Assembly: GCF_006345805.1 (NCBI RefSeq) | Contig: NC_042999.1 | Location: forward strand, 34,658,001-34,722,000 | Origin: Octopus sinensis | Lineage: Eukaryota | DNA length: 64,000 nucleotides | Direction: 5' to 3' | Shown: in pieces, positions 39,803 through 53,300 of the stretch | Layout: each line of letters begins with the position of its first letter | Numbering within the stretch: position 1 is the first letter of the stretch | Position numbers and translations under genes: made by a program | Notes under the pieces: model-generated | The model's database searches: none | Told to the model about the DNA's origin: nothing | The model's input: the letters and a program-made list of their open reading frames with translations, nothing else

Positions 39803-40077
39803 GAAGAACGAAGAAAAGAAAAAAGAGAGAGAATCTAATCTCAATAAACTTACAATTCGCAGAATGAAGTGATGAATAATAGCAACTGCAATCTCCACGT
39901 TTTCTTTTAGGATTTTTATTTTATTCTAAATATTGACCAGTTTGTATTCGTTGCTTTCATTAATTCTGTACAATATTATTAACACATGTGTTTGTAGTGT
40001 GTGTGTGTGTATGTTTGTGTGTATGTTCGTGTGTGTATCAGTATGTGTCTCTGTGTGTCAGTGTCTGTGCGTGTCTC

Positions 40078-40110
<33 letters not shown>

Positions 40111-40608
40111 GTGTCTGTCTGTCTGCCTGTCTGTGTGTGTGCGTGTCTGTGTGTGTACGTGTGTGTGTGTAAACATTACAGTTGAAATTGGGTATAGAGA
40201 GAGAACTTGATACTGAAATGTAGGTACCAAAAAGTTTTGTTGAAATTGAAACTTCAGATTTTGTGAGACCAAGTTACGCCAGCGAGGATTTTAATAGGAA
40301 TATCCAGATAACAAATGAAGATAAACGCATTTGATTGTCTGCTTATAAGTTAAAATGAAAGAGATATAATTTTTTAAAGATAATATCAAGAATAATATCA
40401 TTTGATCTGCGTTGGGTGAAAATCCTCCGAAAACACCGTTTATGTTTCGATGCTACAATGTTACAATACTACTGAAGAAAGAAACACAGTAACTAGATAA
40501 GAAAAGAAAACATATAATAGTGAGGAATGGAGATTGTAGAAAAATGGGTTTTTTTCAATAGCTCTCAGACCTCTTCATTTATAGCCTAAAACTGTATAAT
40601 AATATAAG

Positions 40609-40932
40609 GAGCACTCCGTCGGTTACGACGATGAGGGTCCCAGCTGATACGATCAACAGAACAGCCTGCTCGTGAAATTAACGTGCAAGTGGCTGAGCAC
40701 TCCACAGACACGTGTACCCTTAACGTAGTTCTCAGGGAGATTCAGCGTGACACACAATGTGACAAGGCTGGCCCTTTGAAATACAGGTACAACTCATTTT
40801 TGCCAGCTGAGTGGACTGGATCAACATGAAATAAAGTGTCTTGCTCAAGGACACAACGTGTCGCTTGGAATCGAACTCACGACCTTACAATCGTGAGCCG
40901 AATGCCCTAACCACTAAACCACGCGCCTTCAC
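40609..40932 (-). mobile_element. SINE family B, full length, with target-site duplication
   Basis: Head TGTGAAGGCGCGTGGTTTAGTGGTTAGGGCATTCGG...GAGTTCGATTCC, GTGTCCTTGAGCAAGACACTT box; AATAATATAA on both sides (40598-40607 and 40933-40942). Confidence 0.9.
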
Positions 40933-41299
40933 AATAATATAATAAGCAACAAGGTATGCTCTTCTTTCCCTGTTCAACAACAAAAGAAAGATAGCGGTAG
41001 CTGAAAAACACCAAAAGCAATAATGAGGAGAAGGAAAAAGAAAATAGAATAATTGAGAGGGTAAGCAAATTCTCATTGAATTTTATGGTGCATCTTATAT
41101 TTATTCTTCTGTAAATTTTGAAGTATATAACTTGCTTTGTGCAAACAGTTACAAAGAATATCGTTTCTAGAAACTTTGGAGCATTTGTCGAATGATAAGT
41201 TTCTTTTTTAACTGTAGTTGTAAGTAGGCGTGTAATCAAGGGAAGGTTATGATATATAAATGTATTGTTACAAGTGACCATCTATATTTGAATAAACTA

Positions 41300-41903
41300 G
41301 AAACAACAATTTAAAGGCCCAAAATTTTGGGCGAGGGGGACAGTCGATTAGATCGACTCCAGTACGCAACTGGTACTTAATTTATCAATGCCGAAATGAT
41401 GAAAGGCAAAGTCGACCTCGGCGCAATTTGAACCCAGAACGTAAAGACCGACGACATACCGCTAAGAATTCCGCATGCTAACGTTTCTTATTTCTTTATT
41501 ACCCACAAGGGGCTAAACATAGAGTGGACAAACAAGGACAGACATAGGAATTAAGTCGATTACAAGGACCCCGGTGCGTAACTGGTACTTAATTTATCGA
41601 CCCCGAAAGGATGAATAGTAAAGTCAACCTCGGCGGAATTTGAACTCAGAACGTAACAGCAGACGAAATACCTATTTCTTTATTACCCACAAGGGGTTAA
41701 ACATAGAGTGGACAAACAAGGACAGACATAGGAATTAAGTCGATTACAACGACCCCAGTGCATAACTGGTACTTAATTTATCGATCCCGAAAGGGTGAAA
41801 GACAATGTCAACCTCGGCGGAATTTGAACTCACGGCGTAACGACAAACGAAATACCACAAAGCATTTCGCCCGGTGTGCTAACGTTTCTGCCAGCTCGCC
41901 GCT
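41300..41903 (-). mobile_element. SINE family A trimer
   Basis: One head at ~41903 followed by three tandem bodies; period 184 bp between the tails at 41491 and 41675; the last unit carries a different tail. Confidence 0.9.
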
Positions 41904-43030
41904 TTAATGTGAGTAACATCTTGTCTCAAATAGTTTGTTGTCGCTCCAACACACAATTTCGGTTGATATCCAAAATTCAGTCCTACCTTGGCACAGTATA
42001 CCAAAGAACTGTTGAGAGAGTTCCCTCAATCATGCTGTTAGAAGATTTTATACGATTACGCGTTCGTTCGGTAATTGATCAACGTTGGTTTGACACATGT
42101 TTTACTTTAATGAAATTAACAGACTGAATCTTGTATCTATTCAGGATTTTATATCTATGTACTCTGTAAAATAAAAATCAGGCAGAAATTAGGAAGTCTC
42201 TGACTAACATTTGTACAAAAACTCAAACTAAGACTTGCAATGCGCTTCAAAGATTTCCTACTTCTAATTCTACGACTGGAAAAAATGTTTGGATATGTAT
42301 TTTATGTTATCGCAAATCCTATTACGCTTAAATGATTCATTAGTGAATTGGGAATCCTCTCTAAAAGCAGGAACATCGGAATATAAGTCTAATAACATTG
42401 GCGACTACATTACAAAGAATATTAGGTGGGAGATTAGAAATTTTCATTGACACATTTCATGAGGCTTATGATAAGAAACAACCCCCCACTACACACACAC
42501 GCACACGCACACACACACACATACGTACACACAACTACACACACACACACACACACACACAAATATGCACACACATACACAAGTGGTGCAGTATCTTATA
42601 TACATCTTGATATGTACAGTGCGCATTTCTAAGGTAAAACGTTTTCTGAGATATATTTGAATTTACTCGTCACCATGCAGATGGGAAGTGGTTTGATTAT
42701 TATTATTTTTAAGCATAAAAATATTGTATAGAATTATGCTGGAATCTACTAACAAGAGTAAAGGAGAATGGAATCGAAATATCACCTTAAGGAATTTACA
42801 CTTTATATTTTAAACGCACACACATACACACACATACATACACTTACAATCATATACATACACATACATACATACATATACACGCACACACATATGCATA
42901 CACACACATACTTACACACAAGCGCACGCCCACACATATTTATGTTCATCGTAAAAGTTGATATTTCTAGTGCATTATACGTATATATTATATATAAATA
43001 CGTATGCGTGTGTGCGGGTGTGTATATAAT

Positions 43031-43129
<99 letters not shown>

Positions 43130-43151
43130 ATTTGTGTGTGTATCTATTTAT

Positions 43152-43345
43152 GCCATGATAGATCGTTAGCTCCTACACGTACTTTTTTCCCTCCTTGTCT
43201 CTCTCTTGGTTTTTTTGTGTGTATCTTTCTGTCGAAGAGCGTAGGCTTGAAACGTAAAAGACTTTGTCTGTTCCTGAGCGTTATACTAATACATTTGTTT
43301 GCTTGTACTCCACTGCCTTCGTCTTTTGTTTATTTCGTAAACTTC
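43152..43345 (+). repeat. Second copy of the 7.8-8.0k PLE pseudo-LTR-like repeat
   Basis: Direct similarity to 7835-8040. Confidence 0.7.
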
Positions 43346-43346
43346 C

Positions 43347-43390
<44 letters not shown>

Positions 43391-43400
43391 TATATATATA

Positions 43401-43560
43401 GTGAAGGCGCGTGACTTAGTGTTTAGGTGTGCCGAACTCATGATCGTAAGTTTGTGGTTTTGATTCCTGGACCGGGTGACTCAATATTTCTTGAGCATAA
43501 CACTTCATTTCACGTTTCTTCAATTTATTCAGTTGGCAAAAATGAGTAATCCTACGACGA
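43401..43560 (+). mobile_element. SINE family B head fragment
   Basis: GTGAAGGCGCGTGACTTAGTGTTTAGG...TTCTTGAGCATAACACTT. Confidence 0.7.
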
Positions 43561-45590
43561 AATATTGTACCGTTTAGGTGGTGAAAACGGGAAAACGGTC
43601 CCACGAGTTTAATGACTCGGGAGGGAACCTCACTTCACACTGTGACATCTAGCTAGACGCTCGACCTGCAAGAATAACAATCAAATTTTCACTTCAATTA
43701 CAACTCACTGCTTAAACAAATCAAAATATATTCGATAATGTTGTCCTAAATAATGACAGTGTAAATTTATTTGAACGTAGTATCAGCTCTATTAGCCAAA
43801 GTAGGCTAAACAAAAACATCTTTTCAATATTCGTATATGAAATAGAAAGCAGGAAATTGGTTAGTTGTTCATAAATCTTGAATTAATATCATGTTAGAAT
43901 ATACAGCATCTATATATATTTCAATTCTAAAATATGCATTTATTAATTAACTTTCTAATTATCAATTCAAATCACAGAAGATTGATTGCCAAACTGAATA
44001 TATTACATTACTGGATTATACGATTTAGTTTACTCTGGTATTTTTGCTGGCGAATTTATCCAAATATCAATATATAAAGTATAGTCTATTCTAGATCCTT
44101 AAGATATTATCGACGTCTCGTGTTGAACCTGTATATGATATAAGCTGGTATTTTATTTTTCGCCGAATAAGCATTTCAGTTAAATCGCTGTTATTAACAT
44201 ACGAAAATAATCTGAAATGACAGGACACATTCCACTGTAAACATAATCCAGTTTATAAAACATCAAATGTCAATATTCAATTTTTCACATCAATATATCT
44301 TGAAATAATACAACTAGAGATAATAACCGTCCCACACAAATTCCTACACAGACATGAGGGAATATGCGGGTGTGTAAACGTGCGTGTATGACCGACTGCC
44401 TATACAGCATTCCTGAATTTTCACACATTTTCCCTCCTTCTTCTTTCATACAGAATTACGTTAGGAAGATATTCAGCACTCGAGATTAATCATTCGTTAT
44501 TACAAAAATATTTATACTCAACTTTATTACATATCTGTATATTGGTTCAAATTTTGGCACAAGGCTAACAACTTCATGGGTGGGGGTAGATCGGTGACAT
44601 CGATCCCGGTGGAATTTGAACTCAGAACGTAAAGACGGACGAAATGACGGTAAGCATTTCCCCCGACATACGTACGGTTGTGCCAGCTCACTACATTATA
44701 CATATATTTTGGTAAAGTAGCTCTTCCCCACATTCTCCTTCATTGCGGACTGGAAAATTGGTTCCCTGCTGAAACAACTTGCTGTCATTTCTTTTTGGGC
44801 TCCCGCATCCACAGAAGACTGCAGTTAGTTTAAGATACCATTTGCAATAGTAATGTTCATAATTGAATGAAGAAGTTTAAAATAAATGAAGCAGTAGTGA
44901 GGACAAACCGTGCAGCAGAATACTTAAACTGAGACCACAGATGCAAATCGCCAACGAATGAACGAATTCTTTTTCTCGAACAGACGAATCGCAGTCTCTG
45001 AGCTTGATACACCTGATTGTGATCATAAAACATGGACAAAGATAGCGGAAGGCTCATCTGTTAGAAACGTTTGAAGCTTAAGAAGACACTTTTGTCCAAT
45101 AAAATGATGTCACACATCTTCTCCAAGTCCACAGAAGAATCAGCAAGGGTTACAGAAATATCATGAGGAATATTTTGGGGGATGAAAAGTGCGACCATCT
45201 CCTTGATTTTATGGGCAGTGGCCGTGCCATGAAAAGCTAACGGTACACTAAACCTCAAGAAATACTTAAACAAGATATTAGAAGAAAGATTGAACAAGAA
45301 TCTGAAAACAATTCACCTTCATTATATCAATATACTATGAAGTCATGCTGGTCTATCTTTCCACCGCTCATCCCGGATCCGGCGACATTGACTTCCACCC
45401 GCTCCGTTCAATGTGGGTCAATCTTCATTTAGAAAGATTTGATAGCACAAACGAATTGAAAGTGGTTGCAAATACTACAGTAGTGAATATAGCAGAATAC
45501 AGCTAACTTTTATTTCAAAGAGCATTCGAATTCATAAAAATGGTTTCGACGAGGCTTCATATGCTTGTTATGTCGATTATTTTCGGTTGT

Positions 45591-45802
45591 GAGCAGGAAG
45601 AATCGTTAGCACGCTGGACGAAATGCTTCGCAATATTTCGCTCGCAGCTACGTTCTGGGTTCAAATTCCGCCAAGGTTGACTTTGCCTTTCATTGTTTCG
45701 GGGTCGATAAACTAAATACCAGCTACATAGTGGGGTCGGTCTAATCGACTAGTCCCCTCCCCGAAGATTTCAGGACTTATGCCTATAGTAGAAAGGATTA
45801 TT
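45591..45802 (+). mobile_element. SINE family A variant with the alternative tail
   Basis: Family A head and body, but ends GTCCCCTCCCCGAAGATTTCAGGACTTATGCCTATAGTAGAAAGGATTATT. Confidence 0.8.
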
Positions 45803-45939
45803 TGGGGTTGCGCTTCTGTAGAGAAAAACAAATAATCTACCAATTGTATAATTCGAACTACCTTTTTCAGTTAATTAAAAAAGACATGCTCAATTTTGCT
45901 TCCAATTAGAAACGACACCAGTGTGAAAACACACACACA

Positions 45940-47100
45940 TACACACACGCACGCGTACGCATATAACAAATCAACGAAGAGAGTTATGGTATCCTTGAAT
46001 CTTGTGAACCAGTATACTAATAACGCCCCGACTGTACAATAGAAGCAATCAAATTCTGGTTGGAAAACTACCCCGAAGAAAGACCAGGTCGTATCAACAA
46101 AGAATTTATAATTGGAACATTGAAATTTATCCTCCAAAATATTTACTTGATACCAATTGCTACTGCCAAAAATTTGGAATTGTGATGGGAAAAAGATAAC
46201 ACCAGTTCTTGAAAATCCAGGAATGTATGTCAAGAATCACGAAAACCCACTAATGTATATCAAGAGTCGCAACAAAAACATGGCAACCCCTTATGCAAAT
46301 ACATAAGAGAGAATTGGAGAAGATATCTAGATGATGATTGTTTAATTATTTGGAATGAAAATATTGTTAAATTATCCGGATTTAAAACACTGCTCAATAA
46401 ATACTAATGCAATGGAATACAGCAAAATAAGTTTAATTTCTAAATATTATGTTAAACGAGATATTAACCATATTGAAACAAACATCTGTAATAAATATTA
46501 TTTAGCAGAAGCCAACCGAGACACGTTAAATGATTTGCGCAACTGTGTTTTATAAAAATACATGAGACCTACGACTTCTTGAAATTAAAACCGTGCTCGT
46601 CGAGAGGCAATATCGATTTTCTCACTAAAAGATGATGGGATAAAACGTGCTAAGAGAATTAATATCCAGACACTAAAAGAAGTAAAATGATATAATAAAC
46701 CTGATTTTAAAATATTACCCACAGCCCTTGAAACAATGAGGCATATAACACCAAAATATATATAACGACAAATCCAATCAATATAACACCAAAATCGATC
46801 TATGCTCAATAGTGACTTTAAGGTGAATCAAATTGTCCGCGCACATAAAATTATTTGAAGTAAAAACAACCCAAATCACTGAAGAGAATAGAAAATCATT
46901 CCAAAAACAAGGGAAACAAGATTTTTAAAAATGTAGTCGACTTTAATGTTAAAAATGCCCCCATCTATTGAAATTCCATTTTAAATATGGACAAAGATTA
47001 TAAAATAAGACTGAGTGTACATGCGCGTCCGAAACCTTAATCTGTTATAACCTGTTCAGGATATGCTCAGAAATATATCGGAGAAACTGGAATATATGTT
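45940..47100 (+). mobile_element. Penelope-like element relic (RT domains through start of GIY-YIG)
   Basis: IEAIKFWLENYPEE, RINKEFIIGTLKFILQN, CQKFGIVMG, WRRYLDD, and QKYIGETG at ~47070. Many frameshifts. Confidence 0.8.
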
Positions 47101-47266
47101 TTAAATTTACATATAACCAGAAAATTGGTAATTACCTCCACTGTTTCAAATAATAACTATTATTGACTACCTTCCCTAAAATTGATTTAACCTCCTCAAT
47201 TAATTACAAAGTTACTGTTTTCCTAACAACACGGACAACGTTTTATTTTTCTGTTACCATTTCACT

Positions 47267-47348
<82 letters not shown>

Positions 47349-47407
47349 GAGTGCCAACGAACGAAACTCAGACCTTAGGTTACTCCGTTACTTCTACTAA
47401 ATGTTTC

Positions 47408-47560
<153 letters not shown>

Positions 47561-48759
47561 ACAGAATGATTCAAAAGTCACTATACATAGGAAAACATTT
47601 TTTTATATTATATGTGTGTGTGTGTGCGTGCGTGTGTATGTGTGCATAACTGCAGTGACAGATCTTCATTTACGTATTTACTTTAGTAAGTACGTATATG
47701 TCAACACATTATTAATGCACTGGTGCGCTATTCACCACTCTTCATTGGTGCTTTTGCAATTTAAATACATAATTCTATCTGATCCTGAAAATTATATCAT
47801 TCATACAGTACCATGTGTGAATAATATTCTTAAGGTCCACACTTTCTCACTCGCGACCACTTCTACTCTTTGTCACTAACTCGGTTTTTAAACAAATTAG
47901 ATAATGTTTACATTTTTAGATTTGTCACATCCTAAGCTATATTTTCAGCTACAAAGTTTGAAATTTTTTTTCAAGTAATATTACTTATTACAGTACTAAG
48001 AAGACGAGCTGGAAGAATCGTTAACAGGCATGGTGAAAGCTTCGTGGCATTTCATCTGTCTCTACATAGTTTTCTATTAGAAAATGAAAGCACTATCATT
48101 ATACGAGGAGGCATTTTTATTAAATAAACAAACGCAAAGCATTACAACGATCAAAGTTGTAAGACCTAAAGTTTTAATAAGCTTTTTGTTTGCTTTTAAA
48201 CTTTAATTCAGTATTAAGGATTTAAATTATTGTTTCTGAGGATAAATTGACACGATAGTATGATTGGATTTTCAGCATATCAGAATTCAGATTTTTTTTT
48301 ATTTTCAGGCAAGTTGACTACAACAGTAGCTGAATTCCAAGCTTTATTTTCATTTTGCATGAATTTCGACTAACAAGGGCAAGTGGCTTTTCATGCCTTA
48401 CGGTGGGTGCGTTAGCTATATTTGCATTTAAAAAAATATATATTAGGCATGGCTTTACTATTCATCTGATCAGATTCACTTCTTACTATATAGTTGATAT
48501 ATTCTCATACCTCTCTTCTTGCTAGCTAGCTCTTTTTACTAAATATATATATATATAGGTAATTTATTTCTTGCTGTTATTAAATTAATATTCTTGTAGA
48601 AAATAATTTTTTGGCGCGTTTGTACTATGCACTTTGTTTCAATATAAAAATTTTATATACAGTGAATATATAGCATTTAATATTCTTTACAAATACATTT
48701 CTCATTATCCTAAAAAATTACTTATTTTAAAGGAATTGAATATACAAGCAGTGGGGGGG

Positions 48760-49330
48760 GGGACCTTCCCTCCAACATTACCTCTAGTTTTACTCCATTG
48801 AGTAGATCTATTGTCTTTGGTATTCCAGAATATTCTACTTGATTGCTCTGAAATATCATCTCCAGCCCGTAACCCCAGTAGTTTATTTGTTGGCTCCGTG
48901 TTATCTGGATGATTTGAATGTCGTTGCCTCCTCTTCATCTCCTTCTTCAAGAACCGCTGTCATCAGCCATTCGGGTATAATTTCTGGTGGAATCCTGCCT
49001 ATCATGACCCTGACAACGCGTTTGCCTTGGTAGGTAGGCAGGAGAGTTCATTTCTCCGAATATATCGCCAAAGTGGTGTACTTTCTTTCCTCCTCTTCGG
49101 AGACGAAAGTAACTGTCACTGCCAAATTTTCTTCCTCTCGTGTAAAATGTAATAATGTCCTTGTATCCTTCTAGGCACTTCTCCGCGCGTTGCAATTTCA
49201 GTTCTCTTTCCGCTTCTCGATAATTTTCTATACACTATCTCCCTTTTTCTCATTCTATTGGTTTCTTTGCCTGGGGGCAAATGTCAACTTTATGTTAGAC
49301 CCTTCCCTCTTTACCAAGAAATCATCCTCG
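48760..49330 (-). mobile_element. Probable LINE ORF1 (gag-like) relic
   Basis: LLPTYQGKRVVRVMIGRIPPEIIPEWLMTAVL ... GIPKTIDLLNGVKLEVMLEGRSP resembles L1/Tx1 ORF1 just upstream of the CCHC knuckle (V.EGR.P.C). Stops and frameshifts; recall-based. Confidence 0.45.
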
Positions 49331-51245
49331 AATTCCACTGCATGTTGCCCCGGCAAACCTGGATTCACAGCACCCTGTCTTCCAGTTACTGAATCGTAGC
49401 TCTTCGTCTCCATTTTGACACCTTCAAAAATAAGAACACAAGCCTGCTAGCAGGCTAAATACAGTAAAAGTTCCTTTTGTAAGCAACTCAATAATACTAC
49501 CAAAATAAAAGATGGTGTCATACTCATAGGCAGAATCAAATGATTACGTGTATGCTATGAGTGGAAGAGTTCAAATACTGGGGAATCATAATTATAACTA
49601 CAACATTGTTCTAATTCAATTAACTAGTAGAACTAATTTTATACGTTTACAGAAATGTAGAGTGACGTTTATCTCTACAGGAGGGAATCGGGTCTGAAAA
49701 CGTATTGAACATATTACCGTTATATAATTTAATGATTATATCCCGATTCCTCTACACAGAATGTACCCACATCTGAACCAATACCATGTGGGGGAGCCCT
49801 CGTAGTTATAGACCATGTCAGGCCGTAAAGCAAGTTACAATCCTGAAGTTTGTTTATAAATGCCGCTAAAGTAGTGGAATTCTTATACTTAGGGTTTGAA
49901 AAGGAATTCAGATGGGTCCTATATCGCCTTTTGAAGTCTATCGTACCACCTAGATATACCTTGATTTGTTTTATATCTTGTTCTATTTACTGTTCTTAAC
50001 CTTGATATCTTGTATCATTTTGTCTCATATTTTAGATTATTAGACATTTTAGACGATTTAGGCGGTCTGCCATATTGAAGATTCACGTTTTTATTCCTAT
50101 ATTTCTCAGCCGTTCATTCGCTTTGTGCCTCCTATGTTAATCACGCATATCTTTTTTACATGTACTCCTTATTTATATATGATTTTATATGTATTTTTAT
50201 GTATCTTTATATGCTTTTATATATCTCCCATATTTTTACGCATGCTTGGTTTTATTCTTTATGCCTTTGGAGACTCTTTACGCCTATACATGCACGATTT
50301 ATGTTGATGTGTATAAATGTATATGACTCAATTACTTTGATTGAATATATTCCTTTATGTGTTTGGGAATTTGGTTGACTGCCTAGGATTTGCGTTTTCT
50401 ACTTTGTATGAAATATGTATGTATGTATGGATGGATGGATGGGTGTATATATATGTATGTATGCATGCATGTATATATGTATGTATATATATGTATATAT
50501 ATATTATATATTTCTATATGTATGTATATGTATACATACATACATAGAGTGAATATGAAGGAAGTAATGATGGTCTGTTTATGCAGTACGGTGTATAAAG
50601 TGTTGCCTTGATCTTGAAGACGAAGAAATGCCCTTTTCGACAATGAATGATGTTTTCTTATGGTGCGAATATGAATATTAAGTTCTTATAATTAATCCTT
50701 TGCTCCAGTTAGTAGAAGGAGAATGTAACTAAAAGATTTCTTCACAATATGTTATTCTTTTAAATTTGAATTCATCTCAGACTTAGTTTTTAAATAACTA
50801 TGGATGGTGATTTAGGAACTAAATTGCTGCTATTTGAAGCAGGTCGCGTTTCAATTAATTAATTCAATTTCTTTTCTTTCAGAATGACTAATAATTGCCG
50901 CTAGGATATTTTTTATGCTGAAAATTTCAATTAATTAACAATTTTTTTGGATAGTTAATTATCGAAATTCACGCCATTTTCCCGTTGGTATTATTTCTAC
51001 AGTTTCGTCTTAATTTTAATTATGCAAACTATACTGACCAAAAATTAGCTGTAACGCTGTTCCAACATATAAAAACTTTTTGATCGGTCTGTATTTGAAT
51101 ACGTTGCCGTGTTTTAACCATAGGTTGGTTTTGTTTGAAAAGGATCGAGATCAAAAGCTTTTCAGTCATGACCACATCGTCTTTTTTCTGTCCTTTGAAA
51201 AGGAGTCTGCTGTCACTTCTAGTATATATATATATATATACATAT

Positions 51246-51316
<71 letters not shown>

Positions 51317-51545
51317 TAATATATATATATATACACATATAGTGTATATATATATATATATATAGGTATATATATATGTATATATGTATATATATATATA
51401 TATATATATACATACATACATATATATATATATATTATATATATATATATATATATAATAATAAATATTAGGGAATAAATCCAAATTTACAGGGAAAAAT
51501 CAGATTTAGGATTGAATCCAATTTTATACTAAAATATTATATAAT

Positions 51546-51873
51546 ATTAATTAGAGACAAAACCACTATTATGCAAATCAAACAAAGAAAGACTTAATCC
51601 AATACATAAAAAATTTTATATAAATTAAATAAAATTAAGTTATCCACTACAATTGTTTCTTGTCACTTCTAAGGACATTCAGACCTTCTATTCAATTTTA
51701 AATTATGAATTTTAAATTGAATAGAAGGTCTGAAAACCACCTGATGAATGTCCTTAGAAGTGACAAGAAACAATTGTAGTGGATAACTTAATTTTATTTA
51801 ATTATATAAAATTTTGTATGTATTGGATTAAGTCTTTCTTTGTTTGATTTGCATAATAGTGGTTTTGTCTCTA

Positions 51874-51879
<6 letters not shown>
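51546..51879. repeat. ~135-bp-arm inverted repeat with nested 21-bp inverted repeat and hammerhead motif
   Basis: Arms 51546-51681 and 51745-51879; inner arms 51678-51698 and 51713-51733. Confidence 0.9.
51737..51782 (+). ncRNA. Minimal type I hammerhead ribozyme candidate
   Basis: CCAC-CTGATGA-A-TGTC(CTTAGAAGT)GACA-A-GAAAC-AATT-GTA/GTGG: stem I CCAC/GTGG, intact core, palindromic stem III ACAATTGT as in PLE hammerheads. A-A mismatch at the base of stem II. Confidence 0.65.
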
Positions 51880-51914
<35 letters not shown>

Positions 51915-51927
51915 ATATTATATATAT

Positions 51928-51986
<59 letters not shown>

Positions 51987-51995
51987 ATATATATA

Positions 51996-52040
<45 letters not shown>

Positions 52041-52431
52041 ATATATATATATATATTATATGATATATATATATATAGCAGACTTTGTTTGGAGGTTTCA
52101 GAATGCATCTCAATTTCAAAAAACTTGTAGCCGTTTTTGAATAGATTTATTCAAATACCAAACTAATTTCAACAACATTTTGACGATCAATGGTACAAAT
52201 ATATATAAAAAGAAGTGAGGTTTTAGAGAGGCTTTTAAATTATCACGTAATAATTGGAGTAACATGTTTATATCATCAAGTGTTCAAATTTTGAGAAAAA
52301 AGAACTAAACACATCACGAGAGAAGTTGTAAAAGAATTTATTTTCTCTATCTCTCTCTTTACATTTTGCTCTTACTTCCCCACTTATTTTATAAAAAAAA
52401 ACTCAATATGACTGAACTTTCAATAATGTAC

Positions 52432-52587
52432 TTTACTCTTTTACTTGTTTCAGTCATTTGACTGTGGCCATGCTGGAGCACCGCTAAGTTACAGGGATGT
52501 AAACACACCAGCATCGGTTGTCAAGCGATGTTGTAGGGGGACAAACACAGTCACACAAACACACACACAAATATATACATATATATA

Positions 52588-52654
<67 letters not shown>

Positions 52655-52893
52655 TATAATTTCAGTAAAACAATTAAGATTCAAGTGAGTTCCAATGAAT
52701 TCACAAGAATGTGGTACTTAACTTAGATGCACCAGAAATCTTTATGGTATTAGCCATAAAGTAATGTGGCTGATTATAAACAAGAATAAAAAGAAACAAG
52801 AATGGATTAGTTGTTCAGTATGAAACAATTGTACTGAACAACTAATCCATTCTTGTTGCTTTTTTCTTGTGTGTATATATATACACACACACA

Positions 52894-52935
<42 letters not shown>

Positions 52936-52957
52936 TATATATATATATATATTATAT

Positions 52958-53011
<54 letters not shown>

Positions 53012-53188
53012 TAATATATATATATATATATACATATATACGACGGGCTTCTTTCGGTTTCCGTCTACCAAATCCAATCGCAAGGCTTTGGTCGAAGAAG
53101 ACACTTGCCCGAGGTGCCACGCAGTGGGACTGGACCCGGAACCATGTCGTTCGTAAGCAAGATACTTACCACACAGCCACTCCTGCGC
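52432..53188 (-). mobile_element. SINE family C with expanded internal microsatellite and a nested insertion (~52650-52870)
   Basis: Head at 53188 and tail at 52432 match 31485-31896; the internal (TA)n is split by unrelated sequence ending in a hairpin. Confidence 0.85.
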
Positions 53189-53300
53189 CCATACTTTGTT
53201 TATGATTTTCACAGAACGTTAACATTTACTATCGATCCCTGTGAAACTCAATGAAATTTATGTGGACATTTGAACATTTGAAGGTTTAAACATATTAGTA

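Noticed and set aside
44760-45420. Coding-like stretch with 66- and 78-aa ORFs
   Set aside because: No recognisable family; frequent stops. Left unannotated pending BLASTx.
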